Source: Amoebidium appalachense (Eukaryota > Protista > Ichthyosporea). Taken from it: a DNA stretch of 64,000 nt. Location of the stretch: assembly GCA_963693365.1 (NCBI GenBank), contig CAVNZM010000003.1, forward strand, positions 1,027,506-1,091,505, read 5' to 3'. A program made the translations under genes and the position numbers. The notes below the pieces were generated by a model, which ran no database searches, was not told where the DNA came from, and saw only the letters and a list, made by a program, of their open reading frames with translations. Shown piece by piece: positions 14,314 to 27,749 of this stretch. Each line of letters starts with the position of its first letter. Position 1 is the stretch's first letter.

Positions 14314-14675
14314 TTAAGGTTTTTTGCCCAAAAGCCGTTGTAAGGGTGGGTACCGTGTCAAGCTAAAATCTAGATGTAGCTTATCTGAGGTGTAGATCTA
14401 ATATCTAGTTATATCTAGATCTAGATGAAAATCTAGATGCAGATCTAGGCGTACTCTGCCAAGAGCCCCGCACTTACGCCATCACAAAAGCATTCAACGT
14501 CATTATAATGAAATGTGACCAAACCACCGGAAAATGTTGGATTTCCCTTCGATCAAAATGGGAGTTTAAGCGAAAAGATGCTTCACCATCTCCCTCCCCC
14601 CCCCCTCTCCCCCCCCCTCCCCCCCCCCCCAACACACACATATACACACACACGTGCGCGCACGCACACAAACAC

Positions 14676-14716
<41 letters not shown>

Positions 14717-14736
14717 GAGCGGGGAAACTTAGTGTA

Positions 14737-14820
<84 letters not shown>

Positions 14821-15384
14821 GTTCCGCTTACACACACACACACACACACATACACACACACACAACACAAGTGCCGCACACACACACGCACACACACACA
14901 CACGTGAGCACACACACACACACACATGCGCGCACACGCGCATGTGGGCATTCAATAAGCCAAATGAGCCAAGTTTGCCAACGTTCAAAATATGATATGT
15001 ACATCGCGCACTAATCATCGGCGCGGAAAATTCTTCATTATAAAGGGATAGGAGAAGCCCTTTCCCAATCGTTTGTGTACGTGTGTGTGTGTGGGGGGGG
15101 GGGGGGGGGGGAGGGGGGGGGGGGGAGGGGAGGGGGAGGGGGTTGGGTGGGTGGATGGGTAGGAGGGGGGGGGAGGGGGGGGGGGGAGGGGGGCGGGGGA
15201 GAAGTGGCACTCAAATGGTTGTTGTTGTGGTTTTAGCGATGTCAGTTTGCTGTGCGTGACTGTTCTTTTGGTGTGAGGCGGTCGGGTGCGGGACTGTTCT
15301 TTTGGTGTGAGGCGGTCGGGTCGGGCTTGGTCCGTGGTGGTGGTTATGGGGTGGTGGTGGTGGTCGCCGTTTTTTTTTTTTTTT

Positions 15385-15438
<54 letters not shown>

Positions 15439-15470
15439 GAGGGGGGGGGGGAGAGGGGGGGGGGGGGGGG

Positions 15471-15533
<63 letters not shown>

Positions 15534-15895
15534 GGTGGGGGTGGGGTGGGGGGAGGGGGATAAATATGTGTGTGCGCAGTGTGTTGTTTGATGGTTTTTA
15601 CATATGTATGGGGGGGGGGGGGGGGGGGGTTGGAAATTATACATTAGATCAAGGGACCATACGGCAGATTCGATATGAAGGGACAGACAGATTTTTCGAC
15701 CAACGGAATACTTTGCTAACTGGAAACGTAATAAAAATTATCGAGTCGTGCATATATGGTGGTGAGTAGGTTGGTGAGTGTTTTTGGTTAGTATTCATTC
15801 ATAAGTTCTTTTTTTCGTTTTATTTTTCTTTTTCTTGTTATGTGCGCACACGTGTGTGTGTGAGTTGGTTGGAGGGGTTGGGGGGTGGTGGAGGG

Positions 15896-15935
<40 letters not shown>

Positions 15936-15964
15936 GGGAAAAGGTGAGGGGGGGGGGAGGAGGG

Positions 15965-16001
<37 letters not shown>

Positions 16002-16139
16002 CGAGAGTGTGTGTAATGTACCTAGTAAATCTCACTCGGGTATATTTTCCCTCTCACAGAGAAGGGCATGAACAAGTTCTATATTTATATAATTTAATTT
16101 TAAAATTAAAAAACCGTCTAAACATAATTCGCTTGCAAA

Positions 16140-18170
16140 TCAGTAAGTATCTGTAGGCAATGCACCGATCTCAGAGTCTTCTACTTCAGACACAAATCCT
16201 ACATTCTCTGACACCGTTGCAGTAATTGCAGTTGCAGAGGGGGTGGGTTCGATAAATACAACAAATGTTCTAGTTTCTCCATACACAACAGCGGTTTTCG
16301 TTTCATACTCGTAGTTTTCTATCGAGGTAGAAGTAGAGGAGGAATAGACACTAGTTGGGGTGGGGATAAATTCGCTACTAAAAATAGCAACAATTTCATC
16401 TCCTAAAACCTGCGGAATTCCAGTAGATTCTCCGGCAACCAAAATTGTGCGCGTAGTACCTTGAATCACCGTTGTGATAGTTTGAACCGGAAACTGGTTT
16501 GTTCTCGTGGGTGTAGCGGTAGGGGAAGGGCAGGAAAAAATGGTGGTGGTTTTGGTAGCCGTGACCATTTTTGTTACTGTTACAGTGGGGAGGGTGGGGG
16601 TGGGAGTGGTGGTGGTTTTTGCTGTGGAACGGGTGGTGGTTGTGGTGGTTTTTGTTGTTGTTTTCTGTGTGGTAGTTGTTGTTGTGCGCCGTGTGGTGGT
16701 GGTGGGACTGGGGCGGGGACGTGGTTCGCTCCCGACATCTGTTGTGAGTAGAGGGCGGTAAAGGAAGGCGGGAAGCATTGATTGGTCGGTGTTTATAGGC
16801 ACACGAACACCGTTAGAAAACGTGGTTAAGGTGGGGGCGGTAGATGAACGGAATCGTTCGTATTGGCTTGGAAGCTTACCACGATAGAAAAAGTTGTTTG
16901 ACCAACGAGTGTTGCTATCTCCCCTGTCATATAGCCTTATTAGGTAATCGGTGGACGTGCGGCCAATGAAAACGTTGTCTCGCACAGTGGTATCTTTCGA
17001 AGGCCGGTCCCCGCCGTTCGAGTTTCCGAGAGTGATGCAATAGTGGCAATCAACAGCGAGATTTTTAAACACTTGCGTGCGGGTGGCGGCGAACTTGATA
17101 GAATTCGACCCAGACATACCCCCTTGAACAACTATACTCCCGTGGTTTCCAGAACGAGAAGTCTCTCTGTCAATGTAATTGTCGCGCACAATGTTATCGT
17201 TCTTGTAGATGCGTACCCCACCGCAATTTTCCTTCCCGTTGCAGAAAAAGTAATTTCCGTGCACAGTGTTGCGTGACCCCGCGCGGATGGAAAATATCGC
17301 ACTTGAAGTGTACACCGTGTTGTATTGGATCGTATTCGATGAAGATTTTATGCTCAGAGATTCCTCATCAGAGTTTATTCTGTCGAAAACATTGAATTCC
17401 ACCGTAGTCAAAACGTCCTGTTCGTTATTCAACATACCAAGTTGAATAATCTCGCCTCCGTTGTCCCTGCTCGCCTCGCGGGGTCCGAAATAATTGTAAC
17501 CAATGTAGTGACCGGAACTTTCAACCGTAGACGATTCTTTCCCCATCACACGCACAAGTTCACCCGCGTGCGCCATGTTGACAATTGTGTTCCAGTCTAT
17601 CCTATGACCAAAACCCCAAATTTCAAATGCCGTCTGCTTTTTTGATCCTTTTGTGTAAAATCCGTCGACCCTACATTGCACAACACGGCTACCCTTCGTC
17701 CCCCGATCGAATTTCACTGCGGGATCACTCCCACTTTTCCTCCCTCGAAACACAAATCCTTGCACCTCAACGTAATCGGCACTTATCGTAATGTAGCTGT
17801 TTCCCGTAAAGGTTACACAACCGGGGCGCTCCGCCTTAACCACTACTGGGCGGTCTTTCCTTCCCCTGGTGGTAATTCTTAACCTTATGTCGGAGTACGT
17901 ATTGCACTTGATGACGGCGGCGTCGCCTGGTTGTAAGCTGTGGGAGTTAACCTTATTGGGGTCGCTGGTTGTGTAGATGTTTCCGGTAGGGACAAAAGGG
18001 TCTGGTTGAAGAAGGGGTGGTGCGCGGAAGGGGAAGTCGGACATGGCTACACCGCGTCGCGTCGGAGTTGCTGTGCTTGGGGAAGGAAGGAAGGTGCTTG
18101 TTGCCAGGAAAAACGCAACAGCCCATTTTGAGCTGGTACGAAGGGTGCCGTGTGGCAAGGCGGGTGCCAT
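16140..18170 (-). CDS. Secreted polysaccharide lyase family 6 (chondroitinase B/alginate lyase-like beta-helix) with Thr-rich C-terminal tail, 676 aa, intronless
   Basis: Hydrophobic N-terminal signal-like segment; motifs LQPGD, PVVVKAERPGCVTFTGNS, DNGGEIIQLG, DEESLSIKSSSN, SIRAG, GGVRI. The Lys-to-Arg spacing of 21 residues matches the chondroitinase B K250/R271 catalytic pair. Confidence 0.88.
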   Translation of the reverse strand: MAPALPHGTLRTSSKWAVAFFLATSTFLPSPSTATPTRRGVAMSDFPFRAPPLLQPDPFVPTGNIYTTSDPNKVNSHSLQPGDAAVIKCNTYSDIRLRITTRGRKDRPVVVKAERPGCVTFTGNSYITISADYVEVQGFVFRGRKSGSDPAVKFDRGTKGSRVVQCRVDGFYTKGSKKQTAFEIWGFGHRIDWNTIVNMAHAGELVRVMGKESSTVESSGHYIGYNYFGPREASRDNGGEIIQLGMLNNEQDVLTTVEFNVFDRINSDEESLSIKSSSNTIQYNTVYTSSAIFSIRAGSRNTVHGNYFFCNGKENCGGVRIYKNDNIVRDNYIDRETSRSGNHGSIVVQGGMSGSNSIKFAATRTQVFKNLAVDCHYCITLGNSNGGDRPSKDTTVRDNVFIGRTSTDYLIRLYDRGDSNTRWSNNFFYRGKLPSQYERFRSSTAPTLTTFSNGVRVPINTDQSMLPAFLYRPLLTTDVGSEPRPRPSPTTTTRRTTTTTTQKTTTKTTTTTTRSTAKTTTTPTPTLPTVTVTKMVTATKTTTIFSCPSPTATPTRTNQFPVQTITTVIQGTTRTILVAGESTGIPQVLGDEIVAIFSSEFIPTPTSVYSSSTSTSIENYEYETKTAVVYGETRTFVVFIEPTPSATAITATVSENVGFVSEVEDSEIGALPTDTY

Positions 18171-18499
18171 TTTGAAAAGTGTAAAGAGTTAACTGAAAAA
18201 GAGTGAAAATTCAGTTTGTCGTGTGTATGCAGCTTAGGTGTGATCGGTGGATTCAGAGAGTATCGTTACCGGCCAGGTATGGGGTAAAACCACTGTTTAT
18301 ATGTGTGTGTATTCACAGCCGAGGAGGCTGTATTGCATCAGGGCGACTGTCCGGATTCTCCACTCTCTGTGGCTTTTATAGGTTTTTGGAAATTCAAGCT
18401 GGAAAACCGCAATTGGCACAAGGCCGTTCGATCGAACGGAATCCACACACGTGCATGCGCATAAGATGAGAAGAAAGGGAACAGAGGGAAGGCGCAGAT

Positions 18500-19095
18500 C
18501 AGGGATGTGTCGGGTTGGGTCGACCCGAGAACCAACCCGGCCGGGTCGGCGTTACCCAACCCCGACCCGGGGCATTTTTGCTCAAACCCGGTCGGCTTTA
18601 TGACCCGGCGGGTCAGACCCGTACCCAGCCCGACCGATGGCTCTGACCCGGTCAGTTCCCGCCGGGTCAGGGTAAAGCATGATATATTAACCATAATAAG
18701 TAGTAAATTTGGATTGATAATTGGTTTTCAGGGATTGCACAGTGAACTAATAACAATACAGTATTTTATTCATGTCCATATATGGTAGTATAAACATTGC
18801 CGAGGCATAGTTAGCTACAGTAGTAGAGTACTGAGGCTAGGCTAGCGCTTTAATATATAAAGAGAAAGAAAAAGAAAAAGAAAAAAGAGAGAGGCAATCG
18901 TAACTGCTGTGCACGTTACGTTGTGTTTGCTTTAGTCACCACGACCAAGCTCTATATAATCAAGTAAGCCGCAAGCGGCACGAGCACTGTCTGTTCACAT
19001 GTAGACACCATGCGTGGAAAAGCCACACACACACCGCGAGCACATGTGCACACACAGCACGCACGCACGCAAGCATATCACACACACACACACGT

Positions 19096-19131
<36 letters not shown>

Positions 19132-19337
19132 ATACATGTACACACGTAAATGGCCAGTCCGGGCGAACACCCGAGGTTTTCGCATTTGGTAACCCGCGGG
19201 TCAACCCGATCACAAGGGTCCAAGACCCAAGAACCAACCCGGCCCGGATCGAAAAAAAGACGACCCGGCCCGAGATCCACCCGGCCTTTGCGTAAACCCG
19301 CCCGAGACCCACCCGGCCAGTGACCGACACATCCCTG
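18500..19337. mobile_element. Non-autonomous hAT-family DNA transposon, 838 bp
   Basis: Perfect 14-bp TIR CAGGGATGTGTCGG...CCGACACATCCCTG (begins like the Ac/Ds TIR CAGGGATG); perfect 8-bp TSD GCGCAGAT at 18492-18499 and 19338-19345; dense subterminal ACCCG/CGGGT repeats at both ends; no transposase ORF. Confidence 0.93.
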
Positions 19338-19990
19338 GCGCAGATCCGGAAGGCCGCGGCGCCTTTTCTGTATTAGCCAATCATGTTCATGCTTTGTTTT
19401 AATTGGCCCTTCGCGCACCCAAATGAAGCCAATCAGGAGAGTTTTATGTCTTGGAGTTTAGGATGAACAGATGACACACTTGAGAAGATGAATGCTAATT
19501 TTCAGCGGTCGTTGGTCAACTAGAACACAATTAAAGGCAAAATTTATTTAATATAATATTCAAAGATTCTTATTTGGCCCTCTTTCTTATAATGGTATCT
19601 TATAATGGTAGGGTTTTGTTGACTGCCGAACAAAGCATTGCGCAACAACGCGCACAGTACTTACAGCACGTACATTTTTGGCTGCAAGCTAATCTAGGGA
19701 GCATTCCAGGGCTCCAATCATATAGCCCCTTCCATTCTTGATTCAATAGATAAGCCAATCATAAAGCCGCATCTCGGCAGCCCGAATCGGTCGGTGCAAA
19801 ATAACGCCCGGTGTTTCCCCGAGATCTCGTCACAGCGTACCGTACACTTTTCCAGCCCCTCTGAAGTGGTTACAGCCATAAAAAGCATAGCAGTTGTGCC
19901 CGATACGTGCTATAGCTAAGGATAATCAAGCACATGTATCAGAGCTTCAAGGGTTGCATGTGCATGGCGTAGCGAAGTGTGCGTTTCTTT

Positions 19991-20023
<33 letters not shown>

Positions 20024-20125
20024 GCGAGTGTGCAACCATGTGTGCTTGCACGCGTGTGTGTCTGTGTGTGCGTGTCCGGCGCCGGCGATCTGTATGTAAG
20101 TCACTGTCTGTGTGCGTCTGTGTGT

Positions 20126-20163
<38 letters not shown>

Positions 20164-20247
20164 ATGCGTATGAATCTTGAGCGAGTGTGTGACAGCGAGT
20201 TGTGAAAGCCTCGACAAAGTAGAGAAAGAGAGAGATGGGGGTGGCGG

Positions 20248-20336
<89 letters not shown>

Positions 20337-20600
20337 GGGGGGGGGAGAGGGAGGCCTAGAAGGGTCACATATACGAGCTGTCCGCACCGTAAAAAAGCAG
20401 TAACAAGGTGGAAAGGGGAGGGGGCAAAAAAAAAAAAGAAATAGAAAAGAAAAGAAAAGAAAAGAAAAGAAAAAACTATTTGCAACGTGGAGAAAAATAA
20501 TATCCTGTAAATTCTATCTATAGTCATAATAATCATATGGTGCATTATTATATGTACAGAATTTCTGAAAAACGCTAATCACAAAGACCATAGTATCGAA

Positions 20601-21741
20601 TTAAACTGTGAACACTTTAAAATTTCCAGAGTCGGTGTCTTCAAGAAATAATTCTAGCCCCCGTAGCCCCGCCACCACCGCAGCTAAAAACTCAAGTCGA
20701 TCAACTTTTTCTCGATCGGTCATAAGAGCCGCTGGGGGGAGGGGGGGGGGGGGAGGGGGGGGGGTTTCGAAATTTGGGGCGAAAATTGGAGCTATGTCTA
20801 CACCAAAAGATTACCGTAAAGGCACTTTGTAGGACACACAAAGAAAATGAGACACATTAGAAGTGGTCGGTGGCAGATAAATGTCTGTGTGTGTGCATAC
20901 GCGTGCGGGCGTGCGCGTGTGGGGTGTGTGCACACCCGTGTGTCCATGTGCATGCGTTTTTGTATGTGTTCGTGTGTGTGTGCGTGTGCATGTATATGTG
21001 CATGGGCGTGGGCACCCGCGTGCTGTGTTTTTTGCCCTACAACTGTTAAGTTAAGGTGCAAAAGGAAGGAAAAGAATTATTTTCTTCTTCGAATTCTTGT
21101 TGTTGCTGTTGTTGTTTCTGTCGTAATTTATGTCATCGAAACACAACTACGAATTTTTATCTGCACGGAGTCTCGGCACGATTTCCGACAACGCATCAAT
21201 AGTGAACGACAAAAGGAAATTCTCGCGCACATCCAGCTCCCATAGTGCCCTTAGTGACGTAAGAAGTAGCGCCTCGGAATCGACCAATCCGCATGCGCGA
21301 AGAGACAATATCTGCAACCGATTGGCTAAAGATCCCAGGGGCCATTTGTCCACGTGAGCCCCGTCGGGGCAGCCAATCAGAGAGAGGTTTTCTAGCGATG
21401 GAGCACGGACCAATGAGATGAGCCCGTCGCAGTTGAGAGGGGTGCAGCTGTCCAATAAAATCTCGCGGATGAGCGGTAGGGAACCAATCATCTCCATGAC
21501 CTGTTGCACATAAGGTAGGGAATTACAGTTAGAAATGTAAAAAGGGGGGTCCATGGAGACTTTATGTACTACTATGTACAGTACTAGTGTATGTGTTTAT
21601 AGATCACAGCCCCCCTCCCCCCCCCCTCCCCCTCTTCCCCCCTACCGACGGCCCACCGCCAGTCCCCACCTCTCCCTCCCCCACCTACTCTCTTCCCTGT
21701 GTCTTTAGATGCAAAAACGCGAGGTACATTGCCCTGAAGGA

Positions 21742-21775
<34 letters not shown>

Positions 21776-22108
21776 GAGAGGGAGAGGGGGAGAAGGGGGG
21801 GATGGGGGTAGGATCTAAGGGTAGGCCGGAAACAATACAGGATATTAAATGGTGGGTGACCAAAAAACCTTGCGCAATTGAGCACGAACGTGCACCATAA
21901 GTGTGCAGTCCAACACTCAGTCAAACATGTAGGCAAAAGATATAGATACTCTACGGCTTAGTGGCTGGGAGAGTGTTTTTTTGTTTTTTTTGTTTATATT
22001 TTTTTTTTTTGGGGGGGGGGGAACAAGAAACTAACATTAAGATCGATACAGGGAAAAAATCACAGTACCATACTAATTGTTCATAGAGAGTTTAGAATGA
22101 AACCCCCC

Positions 22109-22139
<31 letters not shown>

Positions 22140-22248
22140 AAAAAAAAAAAGCAAAGAAAGAAAAAAAGAATAAAAATAATAAAATTAAAAACAACGGTGA
22201 TAGTGGTGGTGGCGGTGGTGGTAATGGTAGGTGGGTGTCTGTGTGTGT

Positions 22249-22299
<51 letters not shown>

Positions 22300-23978
22300 G
22301 GAAAGTGGGGGGGGTTGCTAACCGGGTCTTCAAGGGCATCGCAGTTGGCAAGAACCAATCGCGTGAGGGTACGAAGAGACGACAGAGAGAGAAGATCTCT
22401 GCCCTCACAATAGGAACAGGTTTGGCCCGTAAGTTGCAGCCCTGGGGGGGAGGTGGAGGGGGGGAGGGGGGAGGGAGGGGGGGGGGGGGGGGGGGGGGTG
22501 AAGGAAGTAGGAACACACACACACACAGAGAGAGAGAAAGAGAATGAAAGGGGGAAGGGAAGGGGGAGGCGGAAGAGGAGGGTGGAGGGGGGGGGGGGGG
22601 GGGTTTGCATAAGTTTGCATGAACATCAATATCTCCAAGCAGAAAAAAAACCCCCGTACACCTTTTCGATATCCCCTACTACTGTTACAGCCCCCCCCCC
22701 CCCCCCCCCCCTCCTCCCCCCCCTCATAAGGGAATCCACGCCCACACCCACAAACAATATAGGACCATACACACCAAATACACATACACCCACCCACGCC
22801 CACAAGTGTACATGCTATCCCTAGATGCCCCATATGTGCTCACACCTATAAGCACACATCCACACCCAACCACATGCACACGCACCCACAACTGCTGCTC
22901 CCTCCCCTCCCCTCCTCTCCCCCACCCCTTCCCCTCCACACACCCCCACCCACACCACCCATTCCCTCCCACCCACAACCCAGGCACCCACCCGTCCCCT
23001 CCGCCCAACCCCCCCCCCCCACACACACACACACGCACACATGCATACCATTCAGAGTCTCCCATCCACCCACCCACACCCACCCACCTTCACCCACGCA
23101 CTCACCCACACCTACCTACATCACTCACCAACCCACCCCCCTCCCCAACCCCCTCCCGCCCCCCCCCCCCCCCCCCCCCCTCCCCCCCCCCCCCCCCCCC
23201 TCCCTCCCCCCCCCCCCACACACACCCACCCACTACCACACCCATCCACCCATCCACCCACCCACATACACACCCACCCACCCACCCACCCACCCACCCA
23301 CACAAACTACTACTTACCTGCCAGTTTTGTCATTGCACCCAGAGCTGCCACACTTCCTTCCTTCAGCGGTGAGTTGCCATCCAACACCAACCGTCTTAAC
23401 CCTACAACACAAGGCACATTAAGCCTTAAACGTGTTGTTGAATCAAGGCACATTGAGCCTTAAACGTGTTGTTGAATCAAGGCACATTGAGCCTTAAACG
23501 TGTTGTTGAATCAAGGCACATTGAGCCTTAAACGTGTTGTTGAATCAAGGCACATTGAGCCTTAAACGTGTTGTTGAACCAAGGCACATTGAGCCTTAAA
23601 CGTGTTGTTGAATCAAGGCACATTGAGCCTTAAACGTGTTGTTGAATCAAGGCACCTTGAGCCTTAAACGTGTTGTTGAATCAAGGCACATTGAGCCTTA
23701 AACGTGTTGTTGAATCAAGGCACATTGAGCCTTAAAACGTGTTGTTGAATCTGCACAAAAGTACGCACAAACCGTACCTCTTTAAGGGCATATGGATGAT
23801 AAATGCAAGAGCATTAACAAACCGTACCTCTTTAAGGGCATAAGGATGATAAATGCAAGAGCATTAACAAACTGTACCTCTTTAAGGGCATAAGGATGAT
23901 AAATGCAGGAGCATTAACATAGGTTCAATGCATGACAGAAAAAGGAGCGGCCAAAGTTTAACCAGAAACAGTACGAAC

Positions 23979-24009
<31 letters not shown>

Positions 24010-25032
24010 TGGGGTTTGGGGTGGAGGTGAGGGGGTGGGTGGGTGGTTGAGGGGGGGGGGGGGGGGGGGATTAAGTAGCATGTGCTGGATGAGTGGATGT
24101 AGGGTACGTGAGAGACTTGGAGTGAAATGGTGAGGGGGGGGGGGGGGGGGGGGGAGATTGGAGGGGACGTGTACGTAATGTGAGAAAGGCCAAAGCACAG
24201 AGCAAAGTTGAGCTGTTTACACAAAAGATTTCGCAAAAATTCAATAAAAACCCTGAAGAAATGATCAGAAAAAAGGAACGAAAAGGCCCATCATCTAGGG
24301 GATTTACAGGCCTCCGTGAAGTGAAAGGGAGGGAGGGCAAGAGGGGGGGGGGGGGGGGGGAAGGGGGGAGGGGGGGGGGGGGGGGGTTGTTTCAATGCTT
24401 TACAGAGCACGAAGTAAACATTGATAATGGACAACAGGATTTAAAAGGATACGCATGATAAGCTGAGCCGATCCTCAGGGGGGCCCAAGTCATCTACAGG
24501 TACCAGCGGGGGGGAGTGAAGACAAGAAAAGAACAGCACCTTCCCCCCCCCCCCCCCCCCTCTCCCCCCCCCCCCCCCCAAAAAAAAAAAAAAAAAAAAA
24601 AAAAAAACCACACACACACACACACACACGGCGCCACCCCTTCCCTTATCGATTTTTTCCCTTAAAAAAAAAGAGAGGGGAAGGGAGGGGGAAAAGGGGG
24701 GGGGGGGGGGGTTCCAACCTGTAAGCACAGTCAACACACCGATGTCCGCATCATCTCCCACATCCATCGTCAAATCCTTCAGTCCCCCCATACTCTGCGC
24801 AAATCTTCCCACACAGTCGGGGGGAAGCTGGTGCAAAAATGGACCCCAGGGGGGGAGGGAGATTGAGGTGAGACGGGTCAATCGGGTGGTTTCGATTGGT
24901 GGGAGAGAGCGGCAAAAGCTGAAATCTGATTGGTTGAGGCGGGGCAAAACGGAGAGGGAGAGGATGCCCGTTGGGGTGAGATTGACGCAGTAGCCCATGT
25001 CGAGGGTTTGGATGTGGCGGAGGTGCTGGCCT

Positions 25033-25077
<45 letters not shown>

Positions 25078-25394
25078 ATACGTGTGTGTGTACGTGTGTG
25101 TGTCGAAGGGGGTGGGAGGGGGGAGGGGGTATGTATGTGTGTAAGTACGTGTGCACGGGTGTACGTGTGTACGGGTGTGTGCGCGTGTGTGGTGTGTGTG
25201 TGTCTGTGTTGGGGGGGGGGGGGGGGGGGGATGGGGGGGATGGGGTATTAGTAAGCCACAGAGATGAGGAAGAGAGGGGGGAGGGGTGTGTGTATGTTTT
25301 TGCTGTCTTCTGCGTTCTTCTTTTCTTTTCTACTCCTTTCCTTTTCCATTGTTATTTCCGTCTCCTATTCTTTTCTTCTCCTTTTTTTTTTTTT

Positions 25395-25425
<31 letters not shown>

Positions 25426-25480
25426 GGGGTAGAACCACTTACAGAGATGGATCTTGGGGGTCGAAAGAAGTAGTGCTTGT

Positions 25481-25514
<34 letters not shown>

Positions 25515-26629
25515 CCCCCCCCTTCACCTCCCACCCTCGCCGCCACCACCACCTTTGGTGCTCCCCACCTTCCAAATCTCCGTCCTCTCCCATTCCCCTC
25601 ACCACTCCCTTATCTCTTTCTCTGTATACACGGGTGTTGTGTGTATTCGAGTAAGTGTGCGGGGGTACGCGTGGGTGCTTCAGTGCGCATAAATAGAAAT
25701 ATCTATGTCGGTGTGTGCTTGGGGCTGTGTGTGTGCTCCCGGGCAGCCAATTATGTTGTGTGTCACGTTCAGATCTACTGGGCCAGAGGAAACACACACA
25801 CACACATGCATGCACACACACACGCACACACACACACACACACACACCAACCCTCCCGTCCCCTGTCCCCATTCTCCCCCCCCCCCCCCCCCCCCCCACA
25901 CACACACATAAACACACTACGACCTACCAATCAACGCTGCTGCACCATCGCCCATATTTGGGTTGGACAGTGCAACCCCCGTGAGATCTCTGATTGCGGT
26001 AAGAAATTCCACACATGCTTCCGTTATGTTTGGGTTGTAATTCAGACTCAGATCGCACAGATTGGTCAATCGACCGATCCACTCCACCCCTTCGTCCGTA
26101 ATCTGAGTTTGCTCCAATCGCAATTCAGTGAGCGTCGTGATCCGGCCAATGAAATGCATCGCTTCGTCGGTGAACCCAGAGACGCAAATGATGGATAGTT
26201 CTCGAAGGATCGATTTATCAGCCAATCCGGCACACATGACGGTCACATCAGCCTCGCTCGTCGAGTTTAATTGGTTTAAAGTCAGCGACGTCAAATACGG
26301 TAGCTGGCCCAATAGCGCGACGTCTTCGGTGTGCTTGCATCCAATCAGATCGAGCCGTAGGAGAAACGGATTGCACGCGAGCGGCGCGACAGATTTCATG
26401 TGTGTGCACGAATAGAAGGCCATGGAAGTGATGTTTCGCAGGGTGGCGACGGAGAGAATAGCATCTGGTGCAATGTTTTTAATGCGGTAAAACTCCAATC
26501 GGACGAGGTTTTTAATTTTATCGGTGAGGTTGGTGGCTGCCAGAGATCGCACGATCGTGTCTTCGCGTTGGGCGCGACCGATAGCGGCGATTCGAAGGAT
26601 GGAGACACTGGGGAGACGTCGAGAGATGC

Positions 26630-26683
<54 letters not shown>

Positions 26684-27718
26684 CAAGCGTGTGTGCGTGC
26701 GCGCACGCGACGTGTGTGTGTCTGTGTGTGTGTGTGTAAGCGTAAGGGAGTGTGTGTGTGTGTGTATGTGCGACCGTGCATGCATGTTCTTCATGCAAAC
26801 TGTTCCTCCCCCACCCCCTCACCCCCCTTCTTTTCCACTTTGCCACCCCCCCCCCCAACTCCCTAATCCCCCTACCCGTGTGCCTCGGAAAACAACCCCA
26901 CACCCACGAACACACGTCTATAGCATGTTGTATTGTCCGACATAGCTCACCCTCGCTTTCTTCAAGTCTGAACAGAAAGAGCTTTGAGTTGATGCAAACG
27001 TGTGTGTGTGTTCATGGGGGTGCATGGGGATGGTTAGGGGGGAGAGGTGGGGGGGGAAGGGGAGGGAGGGGAGAATTACTCCGAGGGTAGGGGTCGGGAT
27101 AGGGGGAGGGGGTGGGAGGAGAAAATAGAGCAGGTATAGCATGGGATCTAGGGGATAACCACATGTGAAGAATAGAAACACATGGCCACGAGAGATAGAG
27201 GTGCGCGGGGGGGAGGGGGGGGGGGGGGGGGGGGGTGGAGAGAGGGGGCAGCTTACCGTCGATTCTCCTTCCCCTCCACCCCCCTCCCCCCTTTTTCTCT
27301 CTCATCCTCACACTCACTCTCTCACTCTCTCTTCTCTTTGTCTCTCCTCCCCTCTCTCACACTCGCTCTCCCCCCCTCCCCCTCCCCCCCCCCCACACAC
27401 ACACAACGTGACCCTACACATCATACATGCACACACACACCACATACCTCGATCTGATTGGGCGAGAGTGTTCCAGAAGATCTCACGCACCAATACTGGG
27501 TGGCGTGGCTCACGGCCCCGGCCATTGTGCGGCACGTGAGCATCAGGTTAAGGCGGTCTGTCTGTCCCAGATTGCCAATTATAGTAACTAGCACATCTTG
27601 GGGAAGCTCCACCAATCGCGTCTTTGCAGCGACAACCTTACCCCCATCTGCCATGACGTATTCGGACTCGATTCTGAGAAGGACCAGGGGGAGGGGGAGG
27701 GGGGGGGGGGGGGGGGGC

Positions 27719-27749
<31 letters not shown>

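Noticed and set aside
23411-23751. 34-bp repeats as a CRISPR array
   Set aside because: The units are contiguous with no unique spacers, lie in a eukaryotic intron, and have no cas genes nearby.
24174-24495. Extra exon candidates in the F-box gene ([26 protein letters not shown])
   Set aside because: The flanking exons already join in phase into a good LRR (LTGLRRLVL), and these candidates do not chain in phase.
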